DNA from: Macrostomum lignano
Taxonomy: Eukaryota
DNA length: 64,000 bases
NCBI GenBank assembly: GCA_002269645.1
Contig: NIVC01001522.1
Span: 210,247 to 274,246 of the forward strand
Direction: 5' to 3'
Within the stretch, counting starts at the first letter, position 1. Each line of letters opens with the position of its first letter. Positions 39,904 to 50,611 of the stretch are shown in pieces. A program made the position numbers and the translations under genes. Under the pieces are notes generated by a model. It saw nothing but the letters and a program-made list of their open reading frames with translations. It was not told the DNA's origin and did not search any database.

Positions 39904-41399
39904 TTAGGATCCGCCTCCGCTCACCGAAGTGGCTTTGGCTTCACCTGCCCTGGCAGCAGGCACTCTTCCGGGATTCAAGAAGGACGCCAGGACCTCCGTC
40001 ACTACCCGAATAGCAAGCTGGCTTGCTTCCCAGGCAGTGAGCAGACGTCCCGGTTCGATCTCCATGATCCGGTTGAGTGCCCCGAGCACATCGTTCTGCG
40101 TGAAGCCCCTCTCACCGGTTGCAGCGTAGGGGGCAGCATTGTTCGTTGTTGGTACAGCTTGGTCTGTCTCGGCGCTGCTGGTCGGTGGTGCAGGCTGCTT
40201 GTACATTGCCGGCACGGCGTTGTCAGCAGAGAGCGCGGTCACCATGTTCGGTTGAGCAGCAGCCGCGGCGGCGGCGGCAGCAGCACGATTTGAGTAGGCA
40301 ATAGGACCGAGAGTAGGCCCTGGTCTTGCTATGTCGGCGTAGGACAATGGCCCTGGCACACCGAAGGTCTCGGCCAAGTTCTGACTATCATCTAGCCTAT
40401 CATTATTTCCTAATTGATTAGTTGGTTTTGTTTGATCGAATTTAATTTTGAGTGCTTTAATGCGGCCATGTTCTTTTTCTGTGGCAAGCGCGCTAGCAGT
40501 GCGCACCCTCTCGCACCTGAAGGAGTAGGCTGGATGGTTTCCACCACAGTTGGCACACTTGAACGCCGTGTCCTCTGGGCAGTCACCTGAAAAGTGCGCG
40601 CCAGCACACTTGCTGCAAACAAAGTCAGCACTGCAGCGATTTTCTGTGTGCCCCAGCCCTTGGCAACGCTGGCACTGTACTTCTTTGACTGGAGGCAGGT
40701 TGTGAGACTCTTCACAACGGAATCTGAGCGCTCCAAGTCGAATACCGTTCTCAGGCAGAACTCGATGGTACCTGTGCTGTTTGAGAAGAGTCTAATTAGT
40801 GGCGTAGGACGCCCCGTTGCCTTGGAGATTATTCTTAGAGCTCCGTTAAACTGTAGATGCGCATAATTTTCCTCAAGGTACGTCAAGAGTTCCTCCACTT
40901 CCACAGCGAGAGGGACCCCCTTGACTATAATAGATTGCACCTTGGGTGATTTTAGTGGCTTGCGCAGTCTGTCGTCAGCCTGTTGACGCGGCCTGTTTGA
41001 AGGCAGGCGTCTGGATACTGTATGTCCATTTATTTCAGATTGTTTTAGTGGTGCTGTTAATAATCTGTTCATTTCTTGTTGTGTACTGGCAAATACATAG
41101 TACCCCGGGCTGTGGTACAGCTCTTTGACGGAAATTATGCGTGTTCCTGAAAAATTAGTTTTTAAATATTGCTCGAATTTAATTGGATTTTTTGCCTCAA
41201 TAGGCATTTCGAAGACAACAGGCGTGATTTTCGTTAGTTTAGTGTTGTTAGACTGCTGATTGCGTGCGCTTGATTGCTGAGCCTGGGCAGATTGCTGGCT
41301 AGCCTGATCTGGTTGCTGTGTGTGGGTGCCTGATTGCTGTGAGTGAGTGCTTGATTGCTGTGATTGAGTGTTTGCTTGCTGGTTAGTAGCTTGCGGCAA
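39904..41399 (-). CDS. LINE ORF1 gag-like region with three CCHC zinc knuckles
   Basis: After a 1-bp deletion near 40755 the frame reads CQRCQGLGHTENRC, CSKCAGAHFSGDC, CANCGGNHPAYSFRC; it is preceded by an RRM-like segment (SIIVKGVP). Confidence 0.88.
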
Positions 41400-41597
41400 A
41401 CTGTAGCAATTAGGCTTTTGTGTGTGAGTGTCAGACGATTGATGCTTTGGCTTAGTGCTTGGCTGCTGAGTGGCTTAGTGTGCTTGCTGAGTGTTTGAGT
41501 GTTGCTGAGTGTCGTTAGTTTGCTTGTTGCTAGACAGAGTGGCTGGTTGCAGAGGCTTGGCTGAGTCAGATTGCTGAGTGCTCTGCTTGTTGTTTAC

Positions 41598-42657
41598 TTA
41601 AGCATCAAGTTTAGTAATTTGAGTAGCTTGTTGGTTGGTTGTTGGCTGTGAGCGCCGATTGGCTTCGTTTGACTTAGTTTCTGGTTTTAGTCTAGTTTGG
41701 CTGTTAGATCTGGCCCTAATTTTGTTAATATTCTCTGCATCCTGCCTGGCTCTGCGACGAACAGATTCTTCGTCGTCCAGGTCGCAGCTAATCGCGCAGT
41801 CAGACGGCAGAACGCAAGGATTAGAGCCTAAAGCAGGAGCAAGATCGAGCCTACTATCGTATGTGAGGCGGAAAGTTAAGTTGACCCGGAGATCTTTGAC
41901 TTTGGCGTCTCTGAGGATGCCATGTTGAAGGTGCTTCTGAGTAGCTCCACTCATTACGAGAAGAGAGCCACTGGCCAGTTTCTGCGAAAAGACCACATTG
42001 GAAGACGTGGACTTAGTTCGAAGCTGAAAGTCCCGTTCAGCTCCGAAGGAGAGAGAAGCGATAGTCGGATTGGGACCTAGTTCTGGTTCATCATCACTAT
42101 GCCAAGGAATATTCACAGTCCCGTCCTTGTAGAAATTGACAAGACATGAGTTGAATAATGGCATGTGAAACTCTGCGCTAAGCCAGGTGACCAGCCTGTT
42201 GATCAGCGGATGCCAGTCATCATTGGCTTCAATCTTAGTGTTACCATAGCTGTACTCTGGGCCAAACCACACTATTTTCCTAGATTCTGGCCGGCCGTTA
42301 GTTAGATGGTGGAAAGCTTTTGGTTCTATTTCTTTTGTTAGTATTCGGAGAATTTCTCCTTCAGAGTTCTTGAGAGCATTTGGAAAATAGCTAACATTAC
42401 AGTTGTTCGGTAATTTTGCAATTATATTGTTGCCTTTGTCAGTTTGCAGTGAAAATGTTACGGTTTGGTTGTCGCTAGTGGAACTAGTGTCTAATTTGCC
42501 CCTAACAGGTGGTCGGCTACTCTCACCGTTGGAGCTTGCAACTGCTTGAGGGGGTGTCTCAGGAAGAGGTGCACTAGACGGCGACGCCGACTGCTGAACT
42601 GGTTGGCGACCTGTCTGTCTCACGTGTGGATCTTTTAATACTACTTTCAACCTCCAT
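41598..42657 (-). CDS. ALKBH2/3-like 2OG-Fe(II) dioxygenase domain at the N-terminus of LINE ORF1
   Basis: YSYG, NSCLVNFYKDG, WHSDDE (HxD), ASLSFGAERDF, LASGSLLVMSG.TQ..LQH, RVNLTFR. Likely ATG at 42657 (MEVESSIKRS), followed by an early frameshift. Confidence 0.92.
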
Positions 42658-43217
42658 TAGCCTAGCAACTATAATATAAGTCTAGATTAAATTAAAGAAA
42701 AGCCTTAAAACGGTAGGCTAGTAAAACTATTATTTTTAAAACAATTAAAACTGAATTACTAATAAAAATCAAATAGGCCTACTAAGAGTAGTTGATAACT
42801 ACCAAAATACAAAAAGGGCCCTAATTAGCCACTAAACACTAAATTCTATTTAGACGAGGAGCCTGGCGCCGAATTGCAGACGTCGCGCGCGGTTGCAGGT
42901 GCCTGGCGCCGCTGCTGCCGCACACCGCTGTAGTCGCTAGACCGCGCCGCTGCCGCCGCACCGCCGATGCCGTCAACCAGCCGAGACCGAGGCCGCCGAG
43001 GTCGCAGTCGCCGAGCCGCAGATGAAGCCGGAGTCGTCGAAGCAGCCGGAGTCGTCGAAGTAGCCGGAGTCGTCGAAGCAGCCGAAATCGTCGCAGAGAG
43101 CCAATGCAATCGCCAGGTGAGTCGTCACCACAGATGCTAATGCCCTCTATAGCCAGAACCACCCGTAGGCCTACACTGTAGATACCTGTAGTGGTTCAAA
43201 GACTATAGAGTTTATTA

Positions 43218-43231
43218 GTTACCATGGCAAC
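43218..43231. promoter_or_regulatory. RFX X-box at the 5' end of the LINE
   Basis: GTTACCATGGCAAC matches the RFX consensus GTTRCCATGGYAAC and lies 3 nt inside the TSD-defined 5' end. Confidence 0.6.
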
Positions 43232-43791
43232 GATGGATGCTTCTTCCGAGGCTAAACAGCCTTCTACTAATAGAGGAACCCGCTAATACTCGAATTCCCA
43301 CAACTTCAGATATTTCCCCGAGGGTGAACTACTAACAGTAGCGTAAAAGCAAAACTGCTTATTCTCGATTTCGGAAAACTAAAAATAATTATCTCGACGA
43401 ATCGGAAACCTTGGCAAACGCCCTTAGCAAAACTGCTTGAACTAAACCCCCCTACTACAATTGCATCATAACTGAATTGTGACTCTAACTTGAATTGCCT
43501 CACAGTATTGAAAATGCAGTGTGGAAGCGTAGCATCAGACATAATTTAGATTGCGTAACTATATTGTCAACTTTAATTGAGACTAATACTGACTTGCCTG
43601 GGAAATTAATTATGTCATAACTGCTTCGTGAGTGAGTGTTGAATTATATAAGTGCTACAATTTCATTTATAAATTCGATGAGATCTAGCCTAGATGTGAA
43701 CAGACTGGACTGCTAATGCAGCGACCTGGGTTCGAATTTTAGTAGTGAAAATTTTTTATTAAAAGCTTTATTAAATAAATAATAAAGGACT

Positions 43792-44123
43792 AGAGGCGTC
43801 ATGTAAAAAATCATAGAAGCGTCATGTAAAAAAATCATAGAAGCGTCATGTAAACAATCATAGAAGCGTCATGTAAACAATCATAGAAGCGTCATGTAAA
43901 AATCATAAAAGCGTCATGTAAAAAATCATAGAAACGTCATGTAAACAATCATAGAAGCGTCATGTAAACAATCATAGAAGCGTCATGTAAACAATCATAG
44001 AAGCGTCATGTAAACAATCATAGAAGCGTCATGTAAAAAATCGTAGAAGCGTCATGTAAACAATCATAGAAGCGTCATGTAAACAATCATAGAAGCGTCA
44101 TGTAAACAATCATAGAAGCGTCA
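43792..44123. repeat. 23-bp minisatellite agaagcgtcatgtaaacaatcat (~14 copies)
   Basis: Direct tandem repeat. Confidence 0.95.
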
Positions 44124-44260
44124 CTAGCAATCTAGCGCCCCCCTCGGGGTGGCCAATAAGCAAGGGACGAATCCTGTAAAATGAAAAGAATTCTTAGGGA
44201 GTGGGACTAGGAATCGAATTCTCATTTTAATTCTGGGCTTATTTACTAATAAAACAATAG
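44124..44260 (-). mobile_element. Helitron 3' terminus (inverted copy of ~10960-11100)
   Basis: Reverse-complement match, including the hairpin and CTAG|T. Confidence 0.8.
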
Positions 44261-44269
44261 GACAAAATT

Positions 44270-46465
44270 CTGGGTTTGTCCTTGTTGAGTCTAATGTCCG
44301 AGCGGTAGCCGTTCAGACGGTCTCTCAGGGTATTGGTAGTACAGCCCACGTAGAGGTTGGAGGAGGGAAGACAGCGGAGGCAGGAAATGCCGTAGATGAG
44401 GTGGGAAGAGGCGCAGGAGAGAGATTGGGAGATGAGAAAAGCAGAGGCAGGGGAGGGGCCCTGAAAAGAGATCCTGGGATGGCGTGGGGGCAGGTTCTGC
44501 AGCGGGCAGAGTTGCAGGATTGGAATCCTTTTGGGATGAGGATGGGACGTGGGATGGTTTGAGGCCAGCCAAGTTGGGCCAGGACGGAGGCCTTGGTGTT
44601 GCTGAAGAAGGAGAAGGAGTATCCGACAGAGTGGAGGGAGCGGCAGAGGGTGCGGCAGAAAGAGGAAAAATCAGAGTAGGAATCGCAGAGGCATGCAGCC
44701 CGTAGATCTGGGATTTGAGAACCCCCTTGAAGGTGTGTTTGGGGTGAGCCGAAGCCATGTGAAGCAGGAGAAGTGAGCTAGTGGGTTTTGAGTAGATAGA
44801 AGTGTGGAGCGAGGAGTCCGAGATCTTGACTGAGAGATCCAGGAAGTCAACGGAGGAAGAAGAGACGGTGAGAGAAAGTTGGATGTTGGGGTCCTGGGCA
44901 TTTAGGATGTCCAGGAATTTCTGAGCCGTGGAGGAGGGCCCATCCAGGGTGACGAAGATGTCGTCGATGTAGCGGAGGAAGGTGCCCGGGGAGATGGAGT
45001 GGGACAGGGCGGTGTTGAGCGCCGCTTGTTCCCAGTGGCTCATGAAAAGGCAGGTATAGTTGGGGGCGAAGATTTTGCCCATGGCAGTGCCCTTTGATTG
45101 GAGGAACCAGAGACCCCGAAAGCAGAAATCGTTGCGGTCGAGGCAGATTTGGAGGAGGCGGAGGATGTCAGAGTCTGGTCTGAGAGGGTCAGGGTTGGTT
45201 TGAAAGAAGTGTTTGATGGCGCGGAGGCCATCAGAGGTGTCAATCATGGTGTACAGGGAGGCCACGTCCATGGTAGCCAGGAGAGTGGAAGGGGAGACTG
45301 GGAGATTTTCAAGGAGCGCCTTGAAGTGAATGGAGTCCCTAATGAAGGAAGGTTGGGCCTGGGCCAAAGGTTTGAGGAAGTGATCGATGAGCTAAAATTA
45401 AGCTTCTCAGCCCCAATGGATTCGGAGGAGCAGCCACTGACGATGGGGCGCCCCTTGGGTAGCCGAGAAGGGAGGAGCCAAGAAGCGGGATCCTTGTGGA
45501 TCTTCGGGAGGGTGTAGAAGTGTCTGGGGCGGGGGTTATCCGGAGGGGAGAGGAAGGAATGCTGTCTAGCTGACAGATACCCCTGGAGTTTGAGATGTAC
45601 AGAATGGCCTGGATGCGATCCTTGGTCTCAGGAAAGATGGGGCCCGCGATGGGGGAATAGAAATTCCTATCCCCAAGCTGAGAAAGGATTTCAAAGGTGT
45701 AATCCCTGGTGTGGGAGATTACGATGGCGCCGCCTTTGTCGGCGTTCCTGATAATGATGGAGGGGTCATCCCTGAGAGCCTTGAGGGCGGATCGTTCCGC
45801 GGCCTCCTCAAGGAGTTCCTCGCAGAAGTCCAGGGTAGCTTGGGAAATGGCTGGGCGGGGGGGGGGATCTGGCAGAGGGACCACAGAGGGGTGAGAGGGC
45901 GCCCGAGCTCGGGCGATGAGATTTTTTCAGCCCATTGAAGACGGCGGGTGAACTCGATGGTGTCTTGGTGAAGTCTAGGGAGAAAGATTTTGTTGTTTGT
46001 GGGGACGAAATTTAGCCCCTTCTGAAGGAGAGAGAGAGGGTCGGGGGTCAGGTGAAAAGGTGGGATGGAGAACGAGCAAATTCTGGTTGAGCCCTATGGG
46101 GCCCTCCTGGCAGCGAGGTTTGTCCAGTGAGTCCTAATGAGAGGAACAAGAGCGGGGGGATATTAGGGACAGAGGGAACGGCCGCACTTACCCAGCGCCG
46201 GTAGACAGGTAGGGAGACTTTAGACTTGGTCTCCGCCAGCTGGTCCTCAGTCGTCCCGACGAGCAGCAGGATGAGTCCTCGGTCGGGGGCAGCATCGCAT
46301 TGGCCCGGCACAGGTGGTCGTCCAGGCTGCTCTCGTCTGACCAGGTAGAGGCGCCGAGGGCCAGGACAGTCACCCGAACCTTGGCCGCGCGTTCCCATGT
46401 GGCCGTCTCCGGGTCACATAGGTCGGGCAGCGGCGAGGACCGGACTTCGGCCGGCAGGATTTCTT
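44270..46465 (-). mobile_element. Penelope-like element (RT + truncated GIY-YIG), frameshifted
   Basis: LQKGLNFVP, ADKGGAIV, MDVASLYT, GTAMGKIFAP, RYIDDIF. Corrected frame gives CNSARCRTC and LIYGISCLRC...LYVGCT...LRDRL, cut off at the Helitron end. Confidence 0.88.
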
Positions 46466-46466
46466 G

Positions 46467-46484
46467 CCCTAACCCTAACCCTAA
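46467..46484 (-). repeat. (TTAGGG)3 telomere-type hexamers at the 5' side of the Penelope element
   Basis: ccctaa x3 on the plus strand. Confidence 0.7.
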
Positions 46485-46570
46485 TCCTCCATTTCGATAG
46501 GTTTCCTGCTAATGATTCGAAATCGAATAAAAGTAAGTTTCATTTTTTCTAAATTTTCAGTATTAATAAG

Positions 46571-46800
46571 CTAATCAGAAAAGTGCCATAGGATAAATTT
46601 TAAATTCGGAAATCGAAACTGCTCTGCGACTTTGATCCTCTTCTTTGATTGAGTCACGGCAATGTGCGTAATCGAGCCATAGACGCTTAGGAAGTTGCCG
46701 CCAAATCCCACTGAGTCCTCGGGGGTGTAGACTGCATGGATCCACCCTGCTGGCTTAAGCAATGTGTCTCTTGGCTGCAGCACAACACGGTAGACTGGGC
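46571..46800 (-). pseudogene. C-terminal fragment of a KDM2/KDM7(PHF8)-type JmjC histone demethylase
   Basis: GPVYRVVLQPRDTLLKPAGWIHAVYTPEDSVGFGGNFL...FRFPNL..ILW; only the distal Fe-ligand His is present. Confidence 0.8.
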
Positions 46801-46827
46801 CTGTTGCTGTTTCGGCCGGTTGTAGCG

Positions 46828-46859
<32 letters not shown>

Positions 46860-47235
46860 GTCTTGGCTTGGTGCCACGATCAAGATGCGGTGGCAGTGGT
46901 CGGCCATTAATAATCTTTGTGCGGGCCACAGCTAGATAGGCTCGTGCGTACTCACGTGCCTGCACTTGATGATCCTCGCCCTTTATGGGCTTTCCCTTAT
47001 GCTCATTGAGCTCCGGGTGGTGGCTTCTGTAGTGCGAGCGGAGCTGCACGCACGCCTCTCTACACACACAGCACATGTGGTGACCAGAATTAACTGATCG
47101 CTCGAAGGTCGCAAACCATAAGATATCTTCGACGCGATGATCTGGTTGTTGACTTCTAGCATGGCGTGCCAGGTTGTCTTTACGCATTTCCGCATCGCAG
47201 ATGACGCAGTTTACATTGATTGATGGCATTATCAC
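46687..47235 (-). CDS. ORF with two C2H2-like zinc fingers and a poly-Ser tract, upstream of the JmjC fragment
   Basis: CVICDAEMRKDNLARHARSQ and CCVCREACVQLRSHYRSHH; (AGC)n run near 46830-46858. Confidence 0.45.
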
Positions 47236-47408
47236 GCTGTTTGTTGAGGGTTAAAGCTTTTGCACAAAATATTTCGCAGTCATTCTACGACACCCAAAAA
47301 CGTAGGAAGGGCCATAGACATTTCAATGCAAGGGACATACTATCAGCTCTCTTTAAAACAGCTCTCTTTATACTCTCTTTATCAGGGGCCGATTTCATGA
47401 AGCAAGTA

Positions 47409-49040
47409 CACCATTTTACCCTCGATTTTGAACAAGGAGAACTTCGAAACTGACAAACTCCTCTTCAATATTGACACTCTATGGTCGGGCACTCAAAATC
47501 TACAATCAATATTGACAGATCAAGCTTCATTTTTGACAAACTCTGGTTCAATTTTGACAATGCACGTTTAGTCAACTTCTCCTGGGAGAATTCGGTAACA
47601 AAGTAATCCAATGAAAGCCTGAACGGGGCTGAAGTGAGCTGTGCAAAATCAGCTTATTCTGACTTTGCTTTTTGGATCTACAAGTATTGATAAAATTTAT
47701 TTTTCTCTATCCTTTACACATATAGACTAAAATAGCCTGACTGGTTGGGCTGCAAAGTCCGATTCTATTTTGACAGAGTTGCTTCAAAACTGACACTCTA
47801 TGGTTTGTGTACCTAAAAAGTCCGCTTCATTTTTGACAACTCCGAATCAATATTGAACAGTTAACAATCGATTTTGACTAAGACATTTTAAAAAATAGAT
47901 TTTGACAATTTTTACTAAGATTTCTCTCTTGAGGGGGGGGGGTACTTGCTATTTGAGAGAGGGGGTACTGGCTGCATGGATCTACGAGTACATGTATGGG
48001 AATCTTTATATCCAGGGATGCTTGCTATCTGGGTGGATGTTTGCTACCTGGATGATGCTTGCTATCTGCAAGATGCTTGCTATATCTGGGGGATGCTTGG
48101 TATCTGGGTGCACGCTTGCTATCTGGGTGGATGCTTGCATCTGGGTGAATGCTTGCTATCTGGGTGGATGCTTGCTATCTGGGTGGATGCTTGCATCTGG
48201 GTGAATGCTTGCTATCTGGGTGGATGCTTGCTATCTGGGTGGATGCTTGCTATCTGGGTGAATGCTTGCTATCTGGGTGGATGCTTGCTATCTGGGTGTA
48301 TGCTTGCTATCTGGGTGTATGCTTGCTATCTGGGTGGATGCTTGCTGTCTGGGTGGATGCTTGCTGTCTTTGGATGTTAAATGACCGGCCTTTTGCTAGA
48401 GTCCCTTGAGAGAGCAGGGACTCTAGCAAGCATCCCTGGATAGAAAGATTCCCATACATGTACTCGTAGATCCATGCAGCCAGTACCCCCTCTCTCAAAT
48501 AGCAAGTACCCCCCCCTCAAGAGAGAAATCTTAGTAAAAATTGTCAAAATCTATTTTTTAAAATGTCTTAGTCAAAATCGATTGTTAACTGTTCAATATT
48601 AATTCGGAGTTGTCAAAAATGAAGCGGACTTTTTAGGTACACAAACCATAGAGTGTCAGTTTTGAAGCAACTCTGTCAAAATAGAATCAGACTTTGCAGC
48701 CCAACCAGTCAGGCTATTTTAGTCTATATGTGTAAAGGATAGAGAAAAATAAATTTTATCAATACTTGTAGATCCAAAAAGCAAAGTCAGAATAAGCTGA
48801 TTTTGCACAGCTCACTTCAGCCCCGTTCAGGCTTTCATTGGATTACTTTGTTACCGAATTCTCCCAGGAGAAGTTGACTAAACGTGCATTGTCAAAATTG
48901 AACCAGAGTTTGTCAAAAATGAAGCTTGATCTGTCAATATTGATTGTAGATTTTGAGTGCCCGACCATAGAGTGTCAATATTGAAGAGGAGTTTGTCAGT
49001 TTCGAAGTTCTCCTTGTTCAAAATCGAGGGTAAAATGGTG
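47409..49040. mobile_element. 1632-bp foldback/MITE-like element with ~620-bp inverted arms and a minisatellite core
   Basis: CACCATTTTACCCTCG...CGAGGGTAAAATGGTG with TA on both sides. Arms ~47409-48028 and ~48424-49040 are near-perfect. Core is gatgcttgctatctgggtg repeats. Confidence 0.9.
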
Positions 49041-49318
49041 TACAAGTGACAAGTTGACAATTTACAAGGGACAAGTGTAAAATTTCACAATTATAGCGTT
49101 TCATGAGGAGGGATGACAATTTAACAAGTGATAAGTGATAAGTGACAATTTGTCAAGCCGTTTTTGCCGTTATTTTGGCCATAGACAACACAGATTTAGC
49201 TTGAGCACTATCGAAGGGTCCCACTTGTCAATGACAAGTCTACAAGTGGCCTAAGCTTATGTCAACAGTCTACTTGGATGAACTAGAACTTATATAGTAT
49301 AGAATACTTGGATAAAGC

Positions 49319-50340
49319 ATGTTTAGCGACAGTAAAGAAGAAGATGCTCTTCTCAATGAAGCTTATGCAGTGCGGATCTTCAAAGAACGAATCAACTTTC
49401 AGCCCCATTGCATAGATTTCGTGAAGAAATTCCGGCTTTCATCTGATCAAGTTGAAGATTTGTTGGAAATTATTGGACCTCCCTTGACCCACGCAACTGT
49501 CCGACAAGGATCGTTGACTGTACGAGAGCAATTACTGAGTTCGCTCCGATTCCTCGCATGCGGAAGTTTCTATCATGCTGTTGGAGACGCGCATGGCGTC
49601 TCAAAGGCCACCCTATGTCGTACTGTCCGGCGCGTCGTTACTGCATTGAATAACAGACTATTCGACGAGCTGGTCCGTTGGCCGGAATGCAATCAGAAGC
49701 GAGCACAGATAGCACAAGATTTCTACAGAGTCGGTGGCATGCCATGCGTTGCTGGCTGTGTCGATGGTACGCTGATCAAGACCCGAGCTCCCGTTACTGA
49801 TGAAGATCAGTTCGTTGACAGACACGGTAACCACTCTATAAATTGCATGGTAGTGGCTGGCCCTCAGCTTCAGGCATTTTGTGTCTGCGCGTTGGCCTGG
49901 GAGACTCAATGACAAACGTGTATTGAACAACAGCACGATGAGCGACGCCTTTGAAGGAGGCTGGAGACCATTTCCCAATGCATTAATATTGGGAGATAGC
50001 GGATACAGTCTAAAGCAGTGGCTTATCACCCCAATCGTAGAATCAGTTTAACATTGTTCATGCAAAAACGAGACGACTAGTCGAGTGCTACTTAGGCGTT
50101 CTAAAGCAGCGCTTTGCCTGCCTATCTACACAGTTGCGAGTTGACCCTGTCTACGCATGTGAGATCATTAAGTGCTGTACACTACTGCAGAATTACATTG
50201 TGGCCTCTAACAATCGGCATGAAGAATTGCAACCCACGGAAGAATTTATGTACGAACCAATCGCCAATGAGGGCGATCCATTGCAAGGCAACGATCCACG
50301 CAGTCGACTCCTGAACTTTATTTCTGCAGCTAATGCCTAA
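49319..50340 (+). pseudogene. PIF/Harbinger (HARBI1-like) DDE transposase, frameshifted
   Basis: LRFLACGSFY...GVSKATLCR, VAGCVDGTLI, GNHSINCMVV, LGDSGY, CTLLQN. Confidence 0.88.
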
Positions 50341-50611
50341 GGATTTGAATAAGAACAATCAAACAACAACAAACAGATAAACCGTTTAAGTTAGTAAAAT
50401 ATGTCAATTTAGGTTTTTGATGCTTCTTTCACGAACGTGTCACATAATTTCAAAATATCTCGTTCACGCACATTTGTTTGGTTCCCGTTTCAGCAGTTTT
50501 ATTTCAAGTTCCAATTTCTTTTTCTTCAGCTCCCCAATCCACATCCTGTTGCAAACGATGCTTTCGTAGGTCACACACACTCGTACAGCGTCCTTAGTAG
50601 TTCCCGCTTTG

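Larger units (their letters stand above)
36071..43234 (-). mobile_element. Full-length I/Jockey-group LINE with AlkB-containing ORF1 (7164 bp)
   Basis: Exact 19-bp TSD GGATGCTTCTTCCGAGGCT at 36052-36070 and 43235-43253. (AGTGA)n-type 3' tail. Layout: 5' UTR, ORF1 (AlkB-linker-gag/3xCCHC), ORF2 (APE-RT), ~950-bp 3' UTR. Confidence 0.92.
35381..43459 (+). mobile_element. Solo-LTR-like element (family B, ~0.9 kb) split by the AlkB-LINE
   Basis: Starts TGTGG after ATAT and ends TACA where Helitron homology resumes. TATA (ctataaata) at ~35995. The parts 35381-36070 and 43254-43459 total ~896 bp. The right-hand TSD is only partial. Confidence 0.55.
47385..50610 (+). mobile_element. PIF/Harbinger transposon, 3'-truncated and interrupted by the foldback element
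   Basis: Putative TIR GGGGCCGATTTCATGAAG at 47385; transposase at 49319-50340; opposite-strand coiled-coil tail (ELKKKKLELEIKLL) of a Myb-type gene at ~50490-50560. Confidence 0.7.

Noticed and set aside
41598-42657. Host ALKBH2/ALKBH3 gene
   Set aside because: Intronless, inside the TSD-bounded LINE, in frame with gag, and with a paralog that has the same TE-like linker.
43587-43602. U1 snRNA-like start (acttgcctgg)
   Set aside because: The similarity is limited to ~10 nt; no U1 stem-loops or Sm site follow.
47902-48498. Cys/Trp-rich ORFs in the foldback core
   Set aside because: Translations of the 19-bp repeat.
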